From: Macrostomum lignano
Taxonomy: Eukaryota
Direction: 5' to 3'
Length of the DNA stretch: 64,000 bases
Assembly (NCBI GenBank): GCA_002269645.1
Contig: NIVC01000239.1
Location: 62,001-126,000 of the forward strand
Notes under the pieces: generated by a model
What the model was told of the DNA's origin: nothing
What the model saw: only the letters and a program-made list of their open reading frames with translations
Database searches by the model: none
Program-made: the position numbers and the translations under genes
In this document: one piece after another, positions 35,901-48,349 of the stretch
Layout of the letters: each line of letters opens with the position of its first letter
Numbering within the stretch: position 1 is the stretch's first letter

Positions 35901-38900
35901 TGACGTGGGGATTCTGAATCACTAGCTGTCAGATAAAAGTATTCCACTGAGGTTCCTGCTAACTGCTGTCTTAATCGCCAAATAGTGTTGTGTCTTGTAA
36001 TTCTGTGCTTTATGTTTGATTGCTGTCTTAATCTTTGCTTTATATTTGCGCTGCAATACGAGTAGCTTCGTGCCGACGAGTTGCTTAGAGAGAAGACACG
36101 CTCGGGGGAAGGCAATAACGAGGATTCTAAGTCGCAGTCATAGACATTAATGAATGGGGCAATAACAGGGAAACGCTAATCAGCATAGTACGAGTATGAG
36201 CTACAAGTATTAAGTGCATTTACAATGCACTTCATGTCCCCCTCCGAACAGGAGCCGCAACAAGTACGTGTATAGTGAAACAGTTTAAATATCAGTAAAC
36301 AGTAAGCGCATGTCCTTAGTGACGATCTTAGCTAGTTAATAGGTATGAATTCTGAGTTTATGGCGTGAATCTGTTCGGTTGCTGCCGAACGCGTGAGCTC
36401 CGTCTCAGCGTAGACGTTGGATGCTGTCCATTGTCATCCGGGGTCGTTGTCGGTGTAGCATCACCCTCTTCCTCCTCACCATCGTCGACGTCAGCACCAT
36501 AGTATGGAGCGATTTGGTTGGTGCTAGCAAACTGTAGGCGGCCATTCGCCAAAACCCAGGCTGTGTTGCGTCCCGCGGTCATCAGGAATTTTTCGGGCTG
36601 TCCAACAGCATCCGATGGTTTGTACAGAACAGGCTCACCTTGGTCGAATGCTGAAACCACAGGAACTCGCAGTCGTCGTCCGAACACCAACTCGGCCGGG
36701 CTTTTTCCTCGACTCATGGCGGAGTTGCGGTGATGCATAAATACCTTCTGCAGAAAGGGGATGAACGGCAGGCGGGTGATACACTCAGTCCAGGAGCGCA
36801 ATGCAGCCTTCACGGTTTGAACTGCTCGTTCCGCTGATCCGTTCGCTTGAGGATAATATGGAGGGAATTCCAGTTTTTTCACGCCATTAGCTTTCAGCCA
36901 GGTGCCAACAGGATCGCCTGTGAATTCTGGAGTGTTGTCTGACACCACAGTTTCGGATACGCCGAACCGAGAGAACACAGTGCGCAAAGAAGCGATGATG
37001 TTTTCGCCTGACCGACTGGAACAGGGAAATGCTTCAATCCACCCAGAGAAGGCGTCCACGATAATGAGCACGTTCCCGGCGTCCTTGATATATGCCCAGT
37101 CTATATGAATTCGTTGAAACGGGTGTGCTGGCACTGGCCAGACATCCCGGGCCTTGGAAAATCTCGGTCGAAGTTGATTGCAACCCGAGCACTGCCTCAC
37201 GAATGCGTCGACGTCACTTTGCATTCCAGGCCACCAGCAGGTCGCTGACAATAGGTTATATGAAGCATGGGCCCCTGAATGCGTGTCGTGGATGGCTGCG
37301 AAGGCTTCCCGACGAAGGCGCATAGGGATGAACACTCGTCTCTGCATGAAAAGAAGGCCGTCCTCCAGCGTTAACTGCTCCGCATGCTTCTTGAATTGGG
37401 CCTCCGCTTGCGAGCAGTCCCGCCATTGGCCAGATCGAACACGTTGCAAAATGCGTTGAATGAACGGATCCGTGTCCATCTCAGCGATAATTCGGCGCGG
37501 ATCAATGGTCGATGTCTCAAAGGTGACACAGTTTATAGCCTCAAACAGCTGTGGCGAATCCACTGATACATCGTTAAAACGTAGGCGAGAAAGAGCGTCT
37601 GAGTGCGGTATGGAGGGACCGCTTGCGTATTGAATACTGAAATCGAATTGCATGCGAGCCAGTGCCCATCGACCGATCCGAGCCGAGGTATTCATTGGGA
37701 TGCTGTCGCCAAAAAGTCGCACAAGAGGTTGATGATCAGTTTTTATGGTGAAGTGCCTACTTCCCCATAATCTTATTGACCTTGTATTCTTGAACCTTGT
37801 ATCCACTGAGGTTCCTGCTAACTGCTGTCTTAATCGCCAAATAGTAAAATTTTTAGACAGTATAAAATTTGTATAAAGTAGAAAGTTGTGTCTGTTTTGC
37901 CCTCACCCACTACCCCACAATCAGTTGGCTCATGCCCTCCTGATACTTAATGGTTTGTCTGTTTTGCCCTCACCCACTACCCCACAATCAGTTGGCTCAT
38001 GCCCTCCTGATACTTAATGGTTTGTCTGTTTTGCCCTCACCCACTACCCCACAGTCAGTTGGCTCATGCCCTCCTGATACTTAATGGTTTGTCTGTTTTG
38101 CCCTCACCCACTACCCCATAATCAGTTGGCTCATGCCCTCCTGATACTTAATGGTTTGTCTGTTTTGCCCTCACCCACTACCCCACAATCAGTTGGCTCA
38201 TGCCCTCCTGATACTTAATGGTTTGTCTGTTTTGCCCTCACCCACCACCCCACAATCAGTTGGCTCATGCCCTCCTGATACTTAATGGTTTGTCTGTTTT
38301 GCCCTCACCCACCACCCCACAATCAGTTGGCTCATGCCCTCCTGATACTTAATGGTTTGTCTGTTTTGCCCTCACCCACCACCCCACAATCAGTTGGCTC
38401 ATGCCCTCCTGATACTTAATGGTTTGTCTGTTTTGCCCTCACCCACCACCCCACAATCAGTTGGCTCATGCCCTCCTGATACTTAATGGTTTGTCTGTTT
38501 TGCCCTCACCCACCACCCCACAATCAGTTGGCTCATGCCCTCCTGATACTTAATGGTTTGTCTGTTTTGCCCTCACCCACCACCCCACAATCAGTTGGCT
38601 CATGCCCTCCTGATACTTAATGGTTTGTCTGTTTTGCCCTCACCCACCACCCTACGATCAGTTGGCTCATGCCCTCCTGATACTTAATGGTTTGTCTGTT
38701 TTGCCCTCACCCACCACCCCACAATCAGTTGGCTCATGCCCTCCTGATATTTAATCTGTTCTGCCCTCACCCACCACCCAACAATCAGTTGGCTCATGCC
38801 CTCCCGATACTTAATTCAGCCCTTGCCCCACGGAGGCTACTGGGCCAATAACGTATTTGTTGGTTAGATGGGCCGACCAGATAATTAAAGTTTAGCTGAA

Positions 38901-41693
38901 TGATTATGACTCCGAGACTCCTGATTTAGGCAGTAAATGCTTGTTATCTCCTTTAACCCGGCCGGGGTTGTAATTTGTGACCCACAAATTTTATATTGAT
39001 TGGTATAATTATCTGATAAACGGCTGCGCTCCGCTAGGGCCATAAAATATTTTCTGAGCGCTACAATTCTTGTATGTCACAAAAAGGACTTAGCGAACTT
39101 TTCATCCGCGGCATCCTACAATGAGGAGGGTTATTGTCTTATTGATTTCTAAATAGCACGGAATGCATGAGTTATTGTGCTGAGCTTGGCTGGCAGGGCT
39201 GGCTTCCCACTCTTAGAGGACGTGGTGCCGTAGATAAAGTGTCAGAGAAGGCAGTGAATTTTAATAGCGCGCAGGCCCAGCCCCCCCCCTAATAATTGAA
39301 TTCATTTGATATTCTGCTTCGAAAGCGCTTGACGGCAAAAATATGGCAATAAAAGTTGGTAGAACAGGACAGCTCACGCCAGAGGCGCTAGTCAGAGGGG
39401 AGAGGGGAAGAGAGGGAGAATGAGACAAGTGTGGAGTTGGGGATGCGAGGGCCCACCCCCCACCATGACTTCCAGTCCAAATTCAGAGGCTGGCTTTTCG
39501 CGTTTCTCTCCCAGAAGCAGAGCAGATTCCGTAATTTTCTTGTTCAAAGCGCGAGACTTCTCAACTACGGCCTGTCACCTTCTTGGACAACCAGATGCAT
39601 AAATGAATGAAACGGCTGATGGGGCGGATCTCGATTGATCAAATCTGCATGGCCGCATACTGGGACTATAGATGGGCGCATATGCGGACACAGACTGGGA
39701 AAAGTCTGAGTACGGAATGCGGCCTTGGGTGGTGGTAGTCAGGTCAGTCAGTAATAATAAATAGAGAGATGCTTGGAAGGGATTGATGAAGAGGGAAGCA
39801 TAGTCCGCGGAAAGAGCTCATAGAGACTTGGGGCAGGGGGGGGGGCACAGCATGGAGGAATGGGAAAGGCAGCCGGCAGGGCAGGAAATGCATCAAGCTG
39901 AGAGACAAAGGCGGGGGGATGGCAGAGCAAAATTACGCGGTCACGCGAAGAGGGAAGTCGGCGTGCTCGCGACAGACGGACCAGCCAGGTTGGAGAGGGT
40001 GGGGGGAGGATGGCGAAAGCAGAAAGTCGCACTGGCATGAAGACTATACCCACTCTGCTGTTGGCGAGTTATCTGAAGGAAAAATATTAAACTTTTCCTA
40101 AGCAGCATCCACTGCACCGGGTTCGGAAACTGGGACCTGCGTGTGAGCTGAGTGAGAAAATTAATTAGAGAAATCCTCCTTGAAGTCCCCCCATTATCCT
40201 TACTCAATCAGATTGCCCCACAAAACAATCAGGATAATTTGGTAATTGCAGTCAATTTAATAATGAGCAAGGAATTTATAAAAACAAAAGCCGACTGAAC
40301 AATTCAATCCAGTAGAAAGTAAGTGAAACGGGAAATTAATTCAAAATATTCACTTTAAATTTTCACTTCATGTAGGCACAGAGACAGAGAGTGTACACGC
40401 CTGATGATTAGAAAGCATAGGAACGTTTCAAAAGTGGGGGACAGGTTCAGTGGCAGATTTAGGGGGGGGGGGCGTACAGGGCGCACGCCCCCATCGAGTC
40501 AGATTTTTTATATAGAAAATGCACATTATCATGTACCGATTATTTTCAGAATCTGTATTGTCAGCACTCATTTTAGCGCCCCAGGCACTCATTTTAGCGC
40601 CGCATGCACTCATTTTAGCGCCGCATGCACTCATTTTAGCGCCGCATGCACTCATTTTAGCGCCGCATGCACTCATTTTGGCGCTGCAGGCACTCATTTT
40701 AGCGCCGCATGCACTCATTTTGGTGCTGCAGGCACTCATTTTAGCGCCGCATGCACTCATTTTGGTGCTGCAGGCACTCATTTTAGCGCCCCAGGCACTC
40801 ATTTTAGCGCAGCAGGCACTCATTTTGGCGCTGCAGGCGCTATGTTTTGTCGCCCTGCAGCAAAATACATTCATCCAACGCAGCAAAAACCAAAAATAAG
40901 CAAAAAGTCAACATTTTACATTTAAAATGTGGAGGGGCCAGATACCATTACTGCCCCCCCATTTTAAAAAGTGGGGGGGGGGGCATGGCCCCACTGTCCC
41001 CGTTCCTACGCCTATGTTAAAAAGCCAGGGCCGCTGTACACCCTGCGTGAGCCTGTGCATGAGTGCGTGCCTGTGTACAGTATTGGCGCGCTTGCATGTG
41101 CTCAGGACTCCAGGAGTCAGCGGGATGGGCAGAATTGCCGTCAGCGCTGGTTGTTGGACCAAGTCGCCAAAGGCGTTGCGCCAGGGTGCCTGCAAATATT
41201 ATTTTAAGTCAGCCAGCAGCCGCTCACCAACGAATCGCTCCACAGTGGAGGTGACGAGCATCCAGACGGACACCAGGCGGAATGAATAGGAGAAGAACAG
41301 CTGGGCCTGGCACACAATCTGCAGGCTCAGCCAGCTCTTCAGCTCCGTAGGCAGGAAGTTCTGGCGCTGCAGCCATCCGGGCACCACGTAGAACAGCAGG
41401 ACGAGCAGGTCGGCGCCGGACAGGAAGGCGAAAAACACGCTGGCGCTCTGGTTGTGAAACCGGCGCCTGGTGAACACTTTGATGCACAGGATGTTGCCAA
41501 CGCAGCCCAGGATGACAATCAGCGGTGTGGCAATCAGGTAGAACAGCTGGCAGCCGGGGCACACGGAGTCGCTGCCGCTTAAGACTCTGGACCTGTTGGA
41601 GGCCAGGCCCGAGCTTTCGTTTCTGTCATTCAAACCCGTGGAGTTGGCGCACGTGAACATTGAGCACATGAGCTCTTTGTAGATATTATTCAT
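31877..41693 (-). CDS. Rhodopsin-like (class A) neuropeptide GPCR, FMRFamide-receptor-like, 2 exons, about 520 aa
   Basis: Exons 41693-41228 and 32973-31877 joined in phase 1 (GTGAGC donor, cacgcAG acceptor) give ERFVGVRYPL at the end of TM3; GCVGNILC (TM1), LSGADLLVL (TM2), LLTCPYY (TM6), VNFFLY (TM7); N-terminal N-glycosylation sequons; polyQ C-tail. Confidence 0.9.
33490..33795 (-). mobile_element. tRNA-derived SINE with CORE-like central domain
   Basis: A-box TAGCCTAGTGG, B-box GGTTCGATTCTC, then TGTGTCCTTGAGCAAGACACTTAAC...TCAGTT...CTGTAAAATGGG resembling the MIR/CORE consensus; 3' end uncertain. Confidence 0.75.
33985..34570. repeat. 22-23-bp minisatellite
   Basis: AGTCCCGCTATCCTCCCTCAAA. 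Confidence 0.92.
35986..36244 (-). mobile_element. Putative PPT and 3' LTR of the Gypsy fragment
   Basis: Purine tract GGAGGGGA (36244-36237), then about 250 bp starting TG and ending CACAACA; only one copy, so boundaries are unconfirmed. Confidence 0.4.
36358..37770 (-). mobile_element. Ty3/Gypsy LTR retrotransposon pol fragment (RNase H C-terminus, H2C2 zinc finger, intact DDE integrase)
   Basis: HFTIKTDHQPL; HDTH...CSGC; IHID / VSDN / SAER catalytic triad; PYYPQANGSAER; tail LRRSSRVRQQPNRF; no gag, protease or RT. Confidence 0.92.
37890..38815. repeat. 67-bp minisatellite, about 14 copies
   Basis: GTCTGTTTTGCCCTCACCCACCACCCCACAATCAGTTGGCTCATGCCCTCCTGATACTTAATGGTTT. Confidence 0.96.
40416..41016. 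mobile_element. hAT-type MITE, about 600 bp, containing a 21-bp minisatellite
   Basis: Ends CATAGG(del)AACG / CGTTCCTACGCCTATG; 8-bp TSD TTAGAAAG / TTAAAAAG; interrupts a hairpin repeat whose empty sites are at 705 and 19238. Confidence 0.75.
40565..40840. repeat. 21-bp minisatellite inside the hAT MITE
   Basis: CACTCATTTTAGCGCCGCATG. Confidence 0.93.
41228..41693 (-). CDS. GPCR exon 1 (N-terminus, TM1-TM3)
   Basis: ORF 41693; TM helices; donor at 41227. Confidence 0.88.
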
Positions 41694-42272
41694 TTTTGTC
41701 TGTCGCTTGTTTATGCTGTCAAACGGGTCAAATTAGAAAAATCCTGAGCTCTCTCTGAGACTGCTCAAACTCATCTCATTTTCTTACAGTCTCATATATC
41801 GTCGCTAGGCGAATCTCCACCCCACCCTCCCGCACCCGCCCCTGCTATTGGTTGTCCCGATGCTCCCCATCCATCTCGCATAGTTTCAACGGTGATCCAT
41901 TTGAACAGAGCTGGCTGAAGGCTGTCATGAATTCGTAATCGAGACCGCTGAGAATGCATGGCTAGAAGTCAGCTACAAAGTACTTTATTAAATTAAGTTA
42001 TGCAGCAGGCGATCACAGGCGCCGTATCTGCATGCAGGATGCACATTCTCGCTCTTCTTGTGCCTGGAGGAGCGCACCATTAGAGACCCATATTTATAGG
42101 CTTTCCACAATATAAGACACGTTTATGTTTGCATTAATTTTCAACTTGAGTAGAAGAGTCTCCTGGATTGTGCCGGTATATATCGAATGCATCCATCCTT
42201 AAAGAATTCAGCCGTGATCTATTCTGAGAACTGCTCAACAATATCTCTGCCACCTGCGACTTACACTTACAG

Positions 42273-42488
42273 AAAAAGGCCGCGTGCACTCTGAGCGGCG
42301 TTCGTTGAAAAGCATCGAAGATTCGGTAACAGACTTTCTCAATTATTCGGCAACCTCCCTGGGGAGCGGCGAGTTCTCAGCAGCTTTCAAGAGGATCGGA
42401 GCACACATGGGGGAATACGCGGGAGCTTTGCAAGCTGCATGTCCCGGGTTGATGCCCGAGGAAAGGCATATATTGTATAGACTGACGG
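42273..42488 (+). other. Putative orphan symmetric coding exon of unknown identity
   Basis: cacttacAG acceptor, GG/GTATGA donor, 216 nt, open frame, phase 1-1; no partner exons found. Confidence 0.25.
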
Positions 42489-43204
42489 GTATGAATGAAT
42501 GAAAACAGCATTAGGGATGGGATGGACAGCACCCCCTTGGGGGAGAGCTGCAGTGCTCAAATCGCACGGAGAGACTGCATGGATTATAGGCTAAATTGAA
42601 ATATCACGTGCTTCCTTAGTCTCCGTGCTACTCGCAAGGCTCTCATTAGTGATCCGTCAAATTTTGAAAAAGCAAAAGCCATGGCCTAAGTGGAATGGGG
42701 AACGCAGAAAAGCACTGTAGCTAGCCAGACTTCAGTGTCCCAGTGTGGAGACTCAAGAAGGCACTAATTGAGATACTCTTATTTGGTAGTGCTGTACGAA
42801 TCATGACCAAGATTTTCAGCTTGTGCTCGGCTCGGGTTTAAAACTAAACCCGAACGATTATGCTGCAGCCGCTACAAGCGTCACGCCAAACGCTAAACGC
42901 GAGCGCAATTCAATATGTGCACACAGAAAAACGTTTTCATATTAAATTAGTTAGATAAATTATTCAAATTTGTTCGGAATCGATGGCATTGTCAACACAT
43001 CAGACATCCGCATAGGATTGCAATGTTTACCATGCACAAATGTCACACTTAGCAATTAGTAATTTTGCTTTGTTCTCTCTGCTCAACCCTCAGGTCTCAA
43101 TATGCATATAAATGATCTAGCTATTTCGAATTCAACTGAATTCAACAGCATCATTGCAAGGGGTCGGGCACTTTTGGGTTATCGGTAGGGCAAGGGCAAA
43201 TTGG

Positions 43205-46200
43205 CGGGTCACTATGGAGCTAGAAGGCAAACTGGGGGGGTCACTAGGGAGCTAGCAGGCAAGCTGGGGGGTCACTAGGGAGCTAGCAGGCAAGCTGGGG
43301 GGGTCACTAGGGAGCTAGCAAGCAAGCTGGAGGGGTCACTAGGGAGCTAGCAGGCAAGCTGGGGGGTCACTAGGGAGCTAGCAGGCAAGCTGGGGGGTCA
43401 CTAGGGAGCTAGCAGGCAAGCTGGGGGTCACTAGGAAGCTAGCAGGCAAGCTGGGGGGTCACTAGGGAGCTAGCAGGCAAGCTGGGGGGTCACTAGGGAG
43501 CTAGCAGGCAAGCTGGGGGGTCACTAGGGAGCTAGCAGGCAAGCTGAGGGGGTCACTAGGGAGCTAGCAGGCAAACTGGGGGGGTCACAAGGGGGCTAGC
43601 AGGCAAGCTGGGGGTCACTAGGCAGCTAGCAGGCAAGCTGGGGGGTCACTAGGGAGCTAGCAGGCAAGCTGGGGGTCACTAGGGAGCTAGCAGGCAAGCT
43701 GGGGGGTCACTAGAGAGCTAGCAGGCAAACTGGGGGGTCACTAGGGAGCTAGCAAGCAAGCTGGAGGGGGTCACTAGGGAGCTAGCAGGCAAACTGGGGG
43801 GCACTAGGGAGCTAGCAGGCAAGCTGGGGGGTCACTAGGGAGCTAGCAGGCAAGCTGGGGGGTCACTAGGGAGCTAGCAGGCAAGCTGGGGGGGTCACTA
43901 GGGAGCTAGCAGGCAAACTGGGGGGTCACTAGGGAGCTAGCAGGTAAGCTGGAGGGGGTCACTAGGGAGCTAGCAAGCAAACTGGGGGTGGGGTCACTAG
44001 GGAGCTAGCAGGCAAAGTGGGGGTGGGGGGTCACTAGGGAGCTAGCAAGCAAGCTGCAGGGGGGTCACTAGGGAGCTAGCAAGCAAGCTGGAGGGGGTCA
44101 CTAGGGAGCTAGCAAGCAAGCTGGGGGTCACTAGGGAGCTAGCAGGCAAGCTGGGGGGGTCACTAGGGAGCTAGCAAGCAAGCTGGAGGGGGGTCACTAG
44201 GGAGCTAGCAAGCAAGCTGGGGGGTCACTAGGGAGCTAGCAGGCAAGCTGGGGGTCACTAGGGAGCTAGCAGGCAAGCTGGGGGGGTCACTAGGGAGCTA
44301 GCAAGCAAGCTGGAGGGGGGTCACTAGGGAGCTAGCAAGCAAGCTGGGGGTCACTAGGGAGCTAGCAGGCAAGCTGGGGGGTCACTAGGGAGCTAGCAGG
44401 CAAACTGGGGGCACTAGGGAGCTAGCAGGCAAGCTGGGGGGTCACTAGGGAGCTAGCAGGCAAGCTGGGGGGTCACTAGGGAGCTAGCAGGCAAGCTGAG
44501 GGGGTCACTAGGGAGCTAGCAGGCAAGCTGGGGGGTCACTAGGGAGCTAGCGGGCAAGCTGGGGGGTCACTAGGGAGCTAGCAGGCAAGCTGAGGGGGTC
44601 ACTAGGGAGCTAGCAGGCAAACTGGGGGGGTCACAAGGGGCTAGCAGGCAAGCTGGGGGGTCACTAGGGAGCTAGCAGGCAAGCTGGGGGGTCACTAGAG
44701 AGCTAGCAGGCAAACTGGGGGGTCACTAGGGAGCTAGCAGGCAAGCTGGAAGGGGGTCACTAGGGAGCTAGCAAGCAAACTGGGGGTGGGGGGTCACTAG
44801 GAAGCTAGCAAGCAAGCTGGAGGGGGGTGACTAGGGAGCTAGCAAGCAAGCTGGGGGGTCACTAGGGAGCTAGCAGGCAAGCTGGGGGGGTCACTAGGGA
44901 GCTAGCAAGCAAGCTGGAGGGGGGTCACTAGGGAGCTAGCAAGCAAGCTGGGGGGTCACTAGGGAGCTAGCAGGCAAGCTGGGGGGGGGTCACTAGGGAG
45001 CTAGCAAGCAAGCTGGAGGGGGTCACTAGGGAGCTAGCAAGCAAGCTGGGGGTCACTAGGGAGCTAGCAGGCAAGCTGGGGGGGTCACTAGGGAGCTAGC
45101 AGGCAAACTGGGGGGTCACTAGGGAGCTAGCAGGTAAGCTGGAGGGGGGTCACTAGGGAGCTAGCAAGCAAACTGGGGGTGGGGTCACTAGGGAGCTAGC
45201 AGGCAAAGTGGGGGTGGGGGTCACTAGGGAGCTAGCAAGCAAGCTGCAGGGGGGTCACTAGGGAGCTAGCAAGCAAGCTGGAGGGGGGTCACTAGGGAGC
45301 TAGCAAGCAAGCTGGGGGGTCACTAGGGAGCTAGCAGGCAAGCTGGGGGGGGTCACTAGGGAGCTAGCAAGCAAGCTGGAGGGGGGTCACTAGGGAGCTA
45401 GCAAGCAAGCTGGGGGGTCACTAGGGAGCTAGCAGGCAAGCTGGGGGGTCACTAGGGAGCTAGCAGGCAAGCTGGGGGGGGTCACTAGGGAGCTAGCAAG
45501 CAAGCTGGAGGGGGTCACTAGGGAGCTAGCAAGCAAGCTGGGGGGTCACTAGGGAGCTAGCAGGCAAGCTGGGGGGGTCACTAGGGAGCTAGCAGGCAAG
45601 CTGGGGGGGTCACTAGGGAGCTAGCAGGCAAGCTGGGGGGTCACTAGGGAGCTAGCAGGCAAGCTGGGGGGTCACTAGGGAGCTAGCAGGCAAGCTGAGG
45701 GGGTCACTAGGGAGCTAGCAGGCAAGCTGGGGGGTCACTAGGGAGCTAGCAGGCAAGCTGGGGGGTCACTAGGGAGCTAGCAGGCAAGCTGAGGGGTCAC
45801 TAGGGAGCTAGCAGGCAAACTGGGGGGGGTCACAAGGGGCTAGCAGGCAAGCTGGGGGGTCACTAGGGAGCTAGCAGGCAAGCTGGGGGTCACTAGGGAG
45901 CTAGCAGGCAAGCTGGGGGGGTCACTAGGGAGCTAGCAGGCAAGCTGGAGGGAGGTCACTAGGGAGCTAGCAGGCAAACTGGGGGTGGGGGGTCACTAGG
46001 GAGCTAGCAAGCAAGCTGGAGGGGGGTCACTAGGGAGCTAGCAGGCAAGCTGGGGGGTCACTAGGGAGCTAGCAAGCAAGCTGGAGGGGGGTCACTAGGG
46101 AGCTAGCAAGCAAGCTGGGGGGTCACTAGGGAGCTAGCAGGCAAACTGGGGGTCACTAGGGAGCTAGCAAGCAAGCTGGAGGGGGGTCACTAGGGAGCTA

Positions 46201-47680
46201 GCAAGCAAGCTGGGGGGTTACTAGGGAGCTAGCAAGCAAGCTGGAGGGGGGTCACTAGGGAGCTAGCAGGCAAGCTGGGGGGTCACTAGGGAGCTAGCAG
46301 GCAAGCTGGGGGGGTCACTAGGGAGCTAGCAGGCAAACTGGGGGGTCACTAGGGAGCTAGCAAGCAAACTGGGGGTAGGGTCACTAGGGAGCTAGCAGGC
46401 AAACTGGGGGGTCACTAGGGAGCTAGCAAGCAAGCTGCAGGGGGGTCACTAGGGAGCTAGCAAGCAAACTGGGTGTGGGGGTCACTAGGGAGCTAGCAAG
46501 CAAGCTGGGGGGTCACTAGGGAGTTAGCAAGCAAACTGGGGGTGGGGGTCACTAGGGAGCTAGCAAGCAAGCTGGAGGGTCACTAGGGAGCTAGCAAGCA
46601 AGCTGGGGGGTCACTAGGGAGCTAGCAGGCAAACTGGGGGTGGGGGTCACTAGGGAGCTAGCAAGCAAGCTGGAGGGTCACTAGGGAGCTAGCAAGCAAG
46701 CTGGGGGGTCACTAGGGAGTTAGCAAGCAAACTGGGTGTGGGGGTCACTAGGGAGCTAGCAGGCAAACTGGGGGGTCACTAGGGAGCTAGCAGGCAAACT
46801 GGGGGTGGGGTCACTAGGGAGCTAGCAAGCAAGCTGGGGGGGGGGTCACTAGGGAGCTAGCAGGCAAACTGGGGGTGGGGGTCACTAGGGAGCTAGCAGG
46901 CAAACTGGGGGTGGGGTCACTAGGGAGCTAGCAGGCAAACTGGGGGGTCACTAGGGAGCTAGCAAGCAAGCTGGGGTGGGGGTCACTAGGGAGCTAGCAG
47001 GCAAACTGGGGTGGGGGTCACTAGGGAGCTAGCAGGCAAACTGGGGGTGGGGGTCACTAGGGAGCTAGCAGGCAAACTGGGGGGTCACTAGGGAGCTAGC
47101 AAGCAAGCTGGAGGGGGTCACTAGGGAGCTAGCAAGCAAACTGGGGGTGGGGGTCACTAGGGAGCTAGCAGGCAAACTGGGGGTGGGGGTCACTAGGGAG
47201 CTAGCAAGCAAACTGGGGGTGGGGTCACTAGGGAGCTAGCAGGCAAGCTGGGGGGTCACTAGGGAGGTAGCAGGCAAGCTGGGGGGGTCACTAGGGAGCT
47301 AGCAGGCAAACTGGGGGGTCACTAGGGAGCTAGCAAGCAAACTGGGGGTGGGGGTCACTAGGGAGCTAGCAAGCAAACTGGGGTGGGGGTCACTAGGGAG
47401 CTAGCAGGCAAACTGGGGGTGGGTCACTAGGGAGCTAGCAGGCAAACTGGGGGTGGGGGTCACTAGGGAGCTAGCAAGCAAGCTGGAGGGGGGTCACTAG
47501 GGAGCTAGCAGGCAAACTGGGGGTGGGGGTCACTAGGGAGCTAGCAAGCAAGCTGGAGGGGGGTCACTAGGGAGCTAGCAGGCAAACTGGGGGGGGGTCA
47601 CTAGGGAGCTAGCAGGCAAACTGGGGGGAGGGGGTCACTAAGGAGCTAGCTGGCAAACTGGGGGTGGGGGGTCACTGGGG
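43205..47680. repeat. About 31-35-bp G-rich minisatellite, about 4.5 kb
   Basis: GGGGGGTCACTAGGGAGCTAGCAGGCAAGCT with variable G runs. Confidence 0.97.
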
Positions 47681-48349
47681 ATACATGCGTCAAGAAAGCA
47701 ATAGAAATGAATTACAAAATCTCAGTATAATAATTTGGACTAATTTCCAACAAAACTAAACAGTGGCTGGAAAGGAAAAGCCGCTGCTCGAGTTAAAGAA
47801 CTCCAACCAATTAGCGTATTATTATTGGTTATTGATTAGCCAACATGATGGCAATGAAAAAATTTCGGATGAAAAATTTACGAGTAGCACACAAAAGGCA
47901 AGAGAAAAACACACAAGGAAACCACACAACGCTGATATTGGCATTTGTCTAGGAAATGCATTAATTAGATCGACAGAGATTTAAGGTCGGATAGTGGCCC
48001 GCCCGGCAACAAGTAGTTATGTTATCAACAAAGAAGCCTGATACATGTGGACACGATATACCAACCCGGTAAAACAGTGGAATAAATATATAGATTAAAT
48101 AGTAGATAATCCCAAACCAATAATGCACCAATAAAAGTATTCACAATACATAATGAAATTGATACAATACGCTCGTTAGAGATTTCAGTTATAATTATCA
48201 TAAATTAAAAAGTGCACAAACTAGTATTAGAAATTTGATCAAGCCACGTGTGCGCATCAACGCTCACACGGGCGATAGCAAATTTGTGTCATTGATCACG
48301 CGAGAGAAACATGTGCCACACCCCCATCCGTTGGGATTGTGGTGCTGGG

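Noticed and set aside
37890-38815. CRISPR-like periodicity (also at 26381-26773)
   Set aside because: Units are head-to-tail with no unique spacers, there are no cas genes, and the context is eukaryotic
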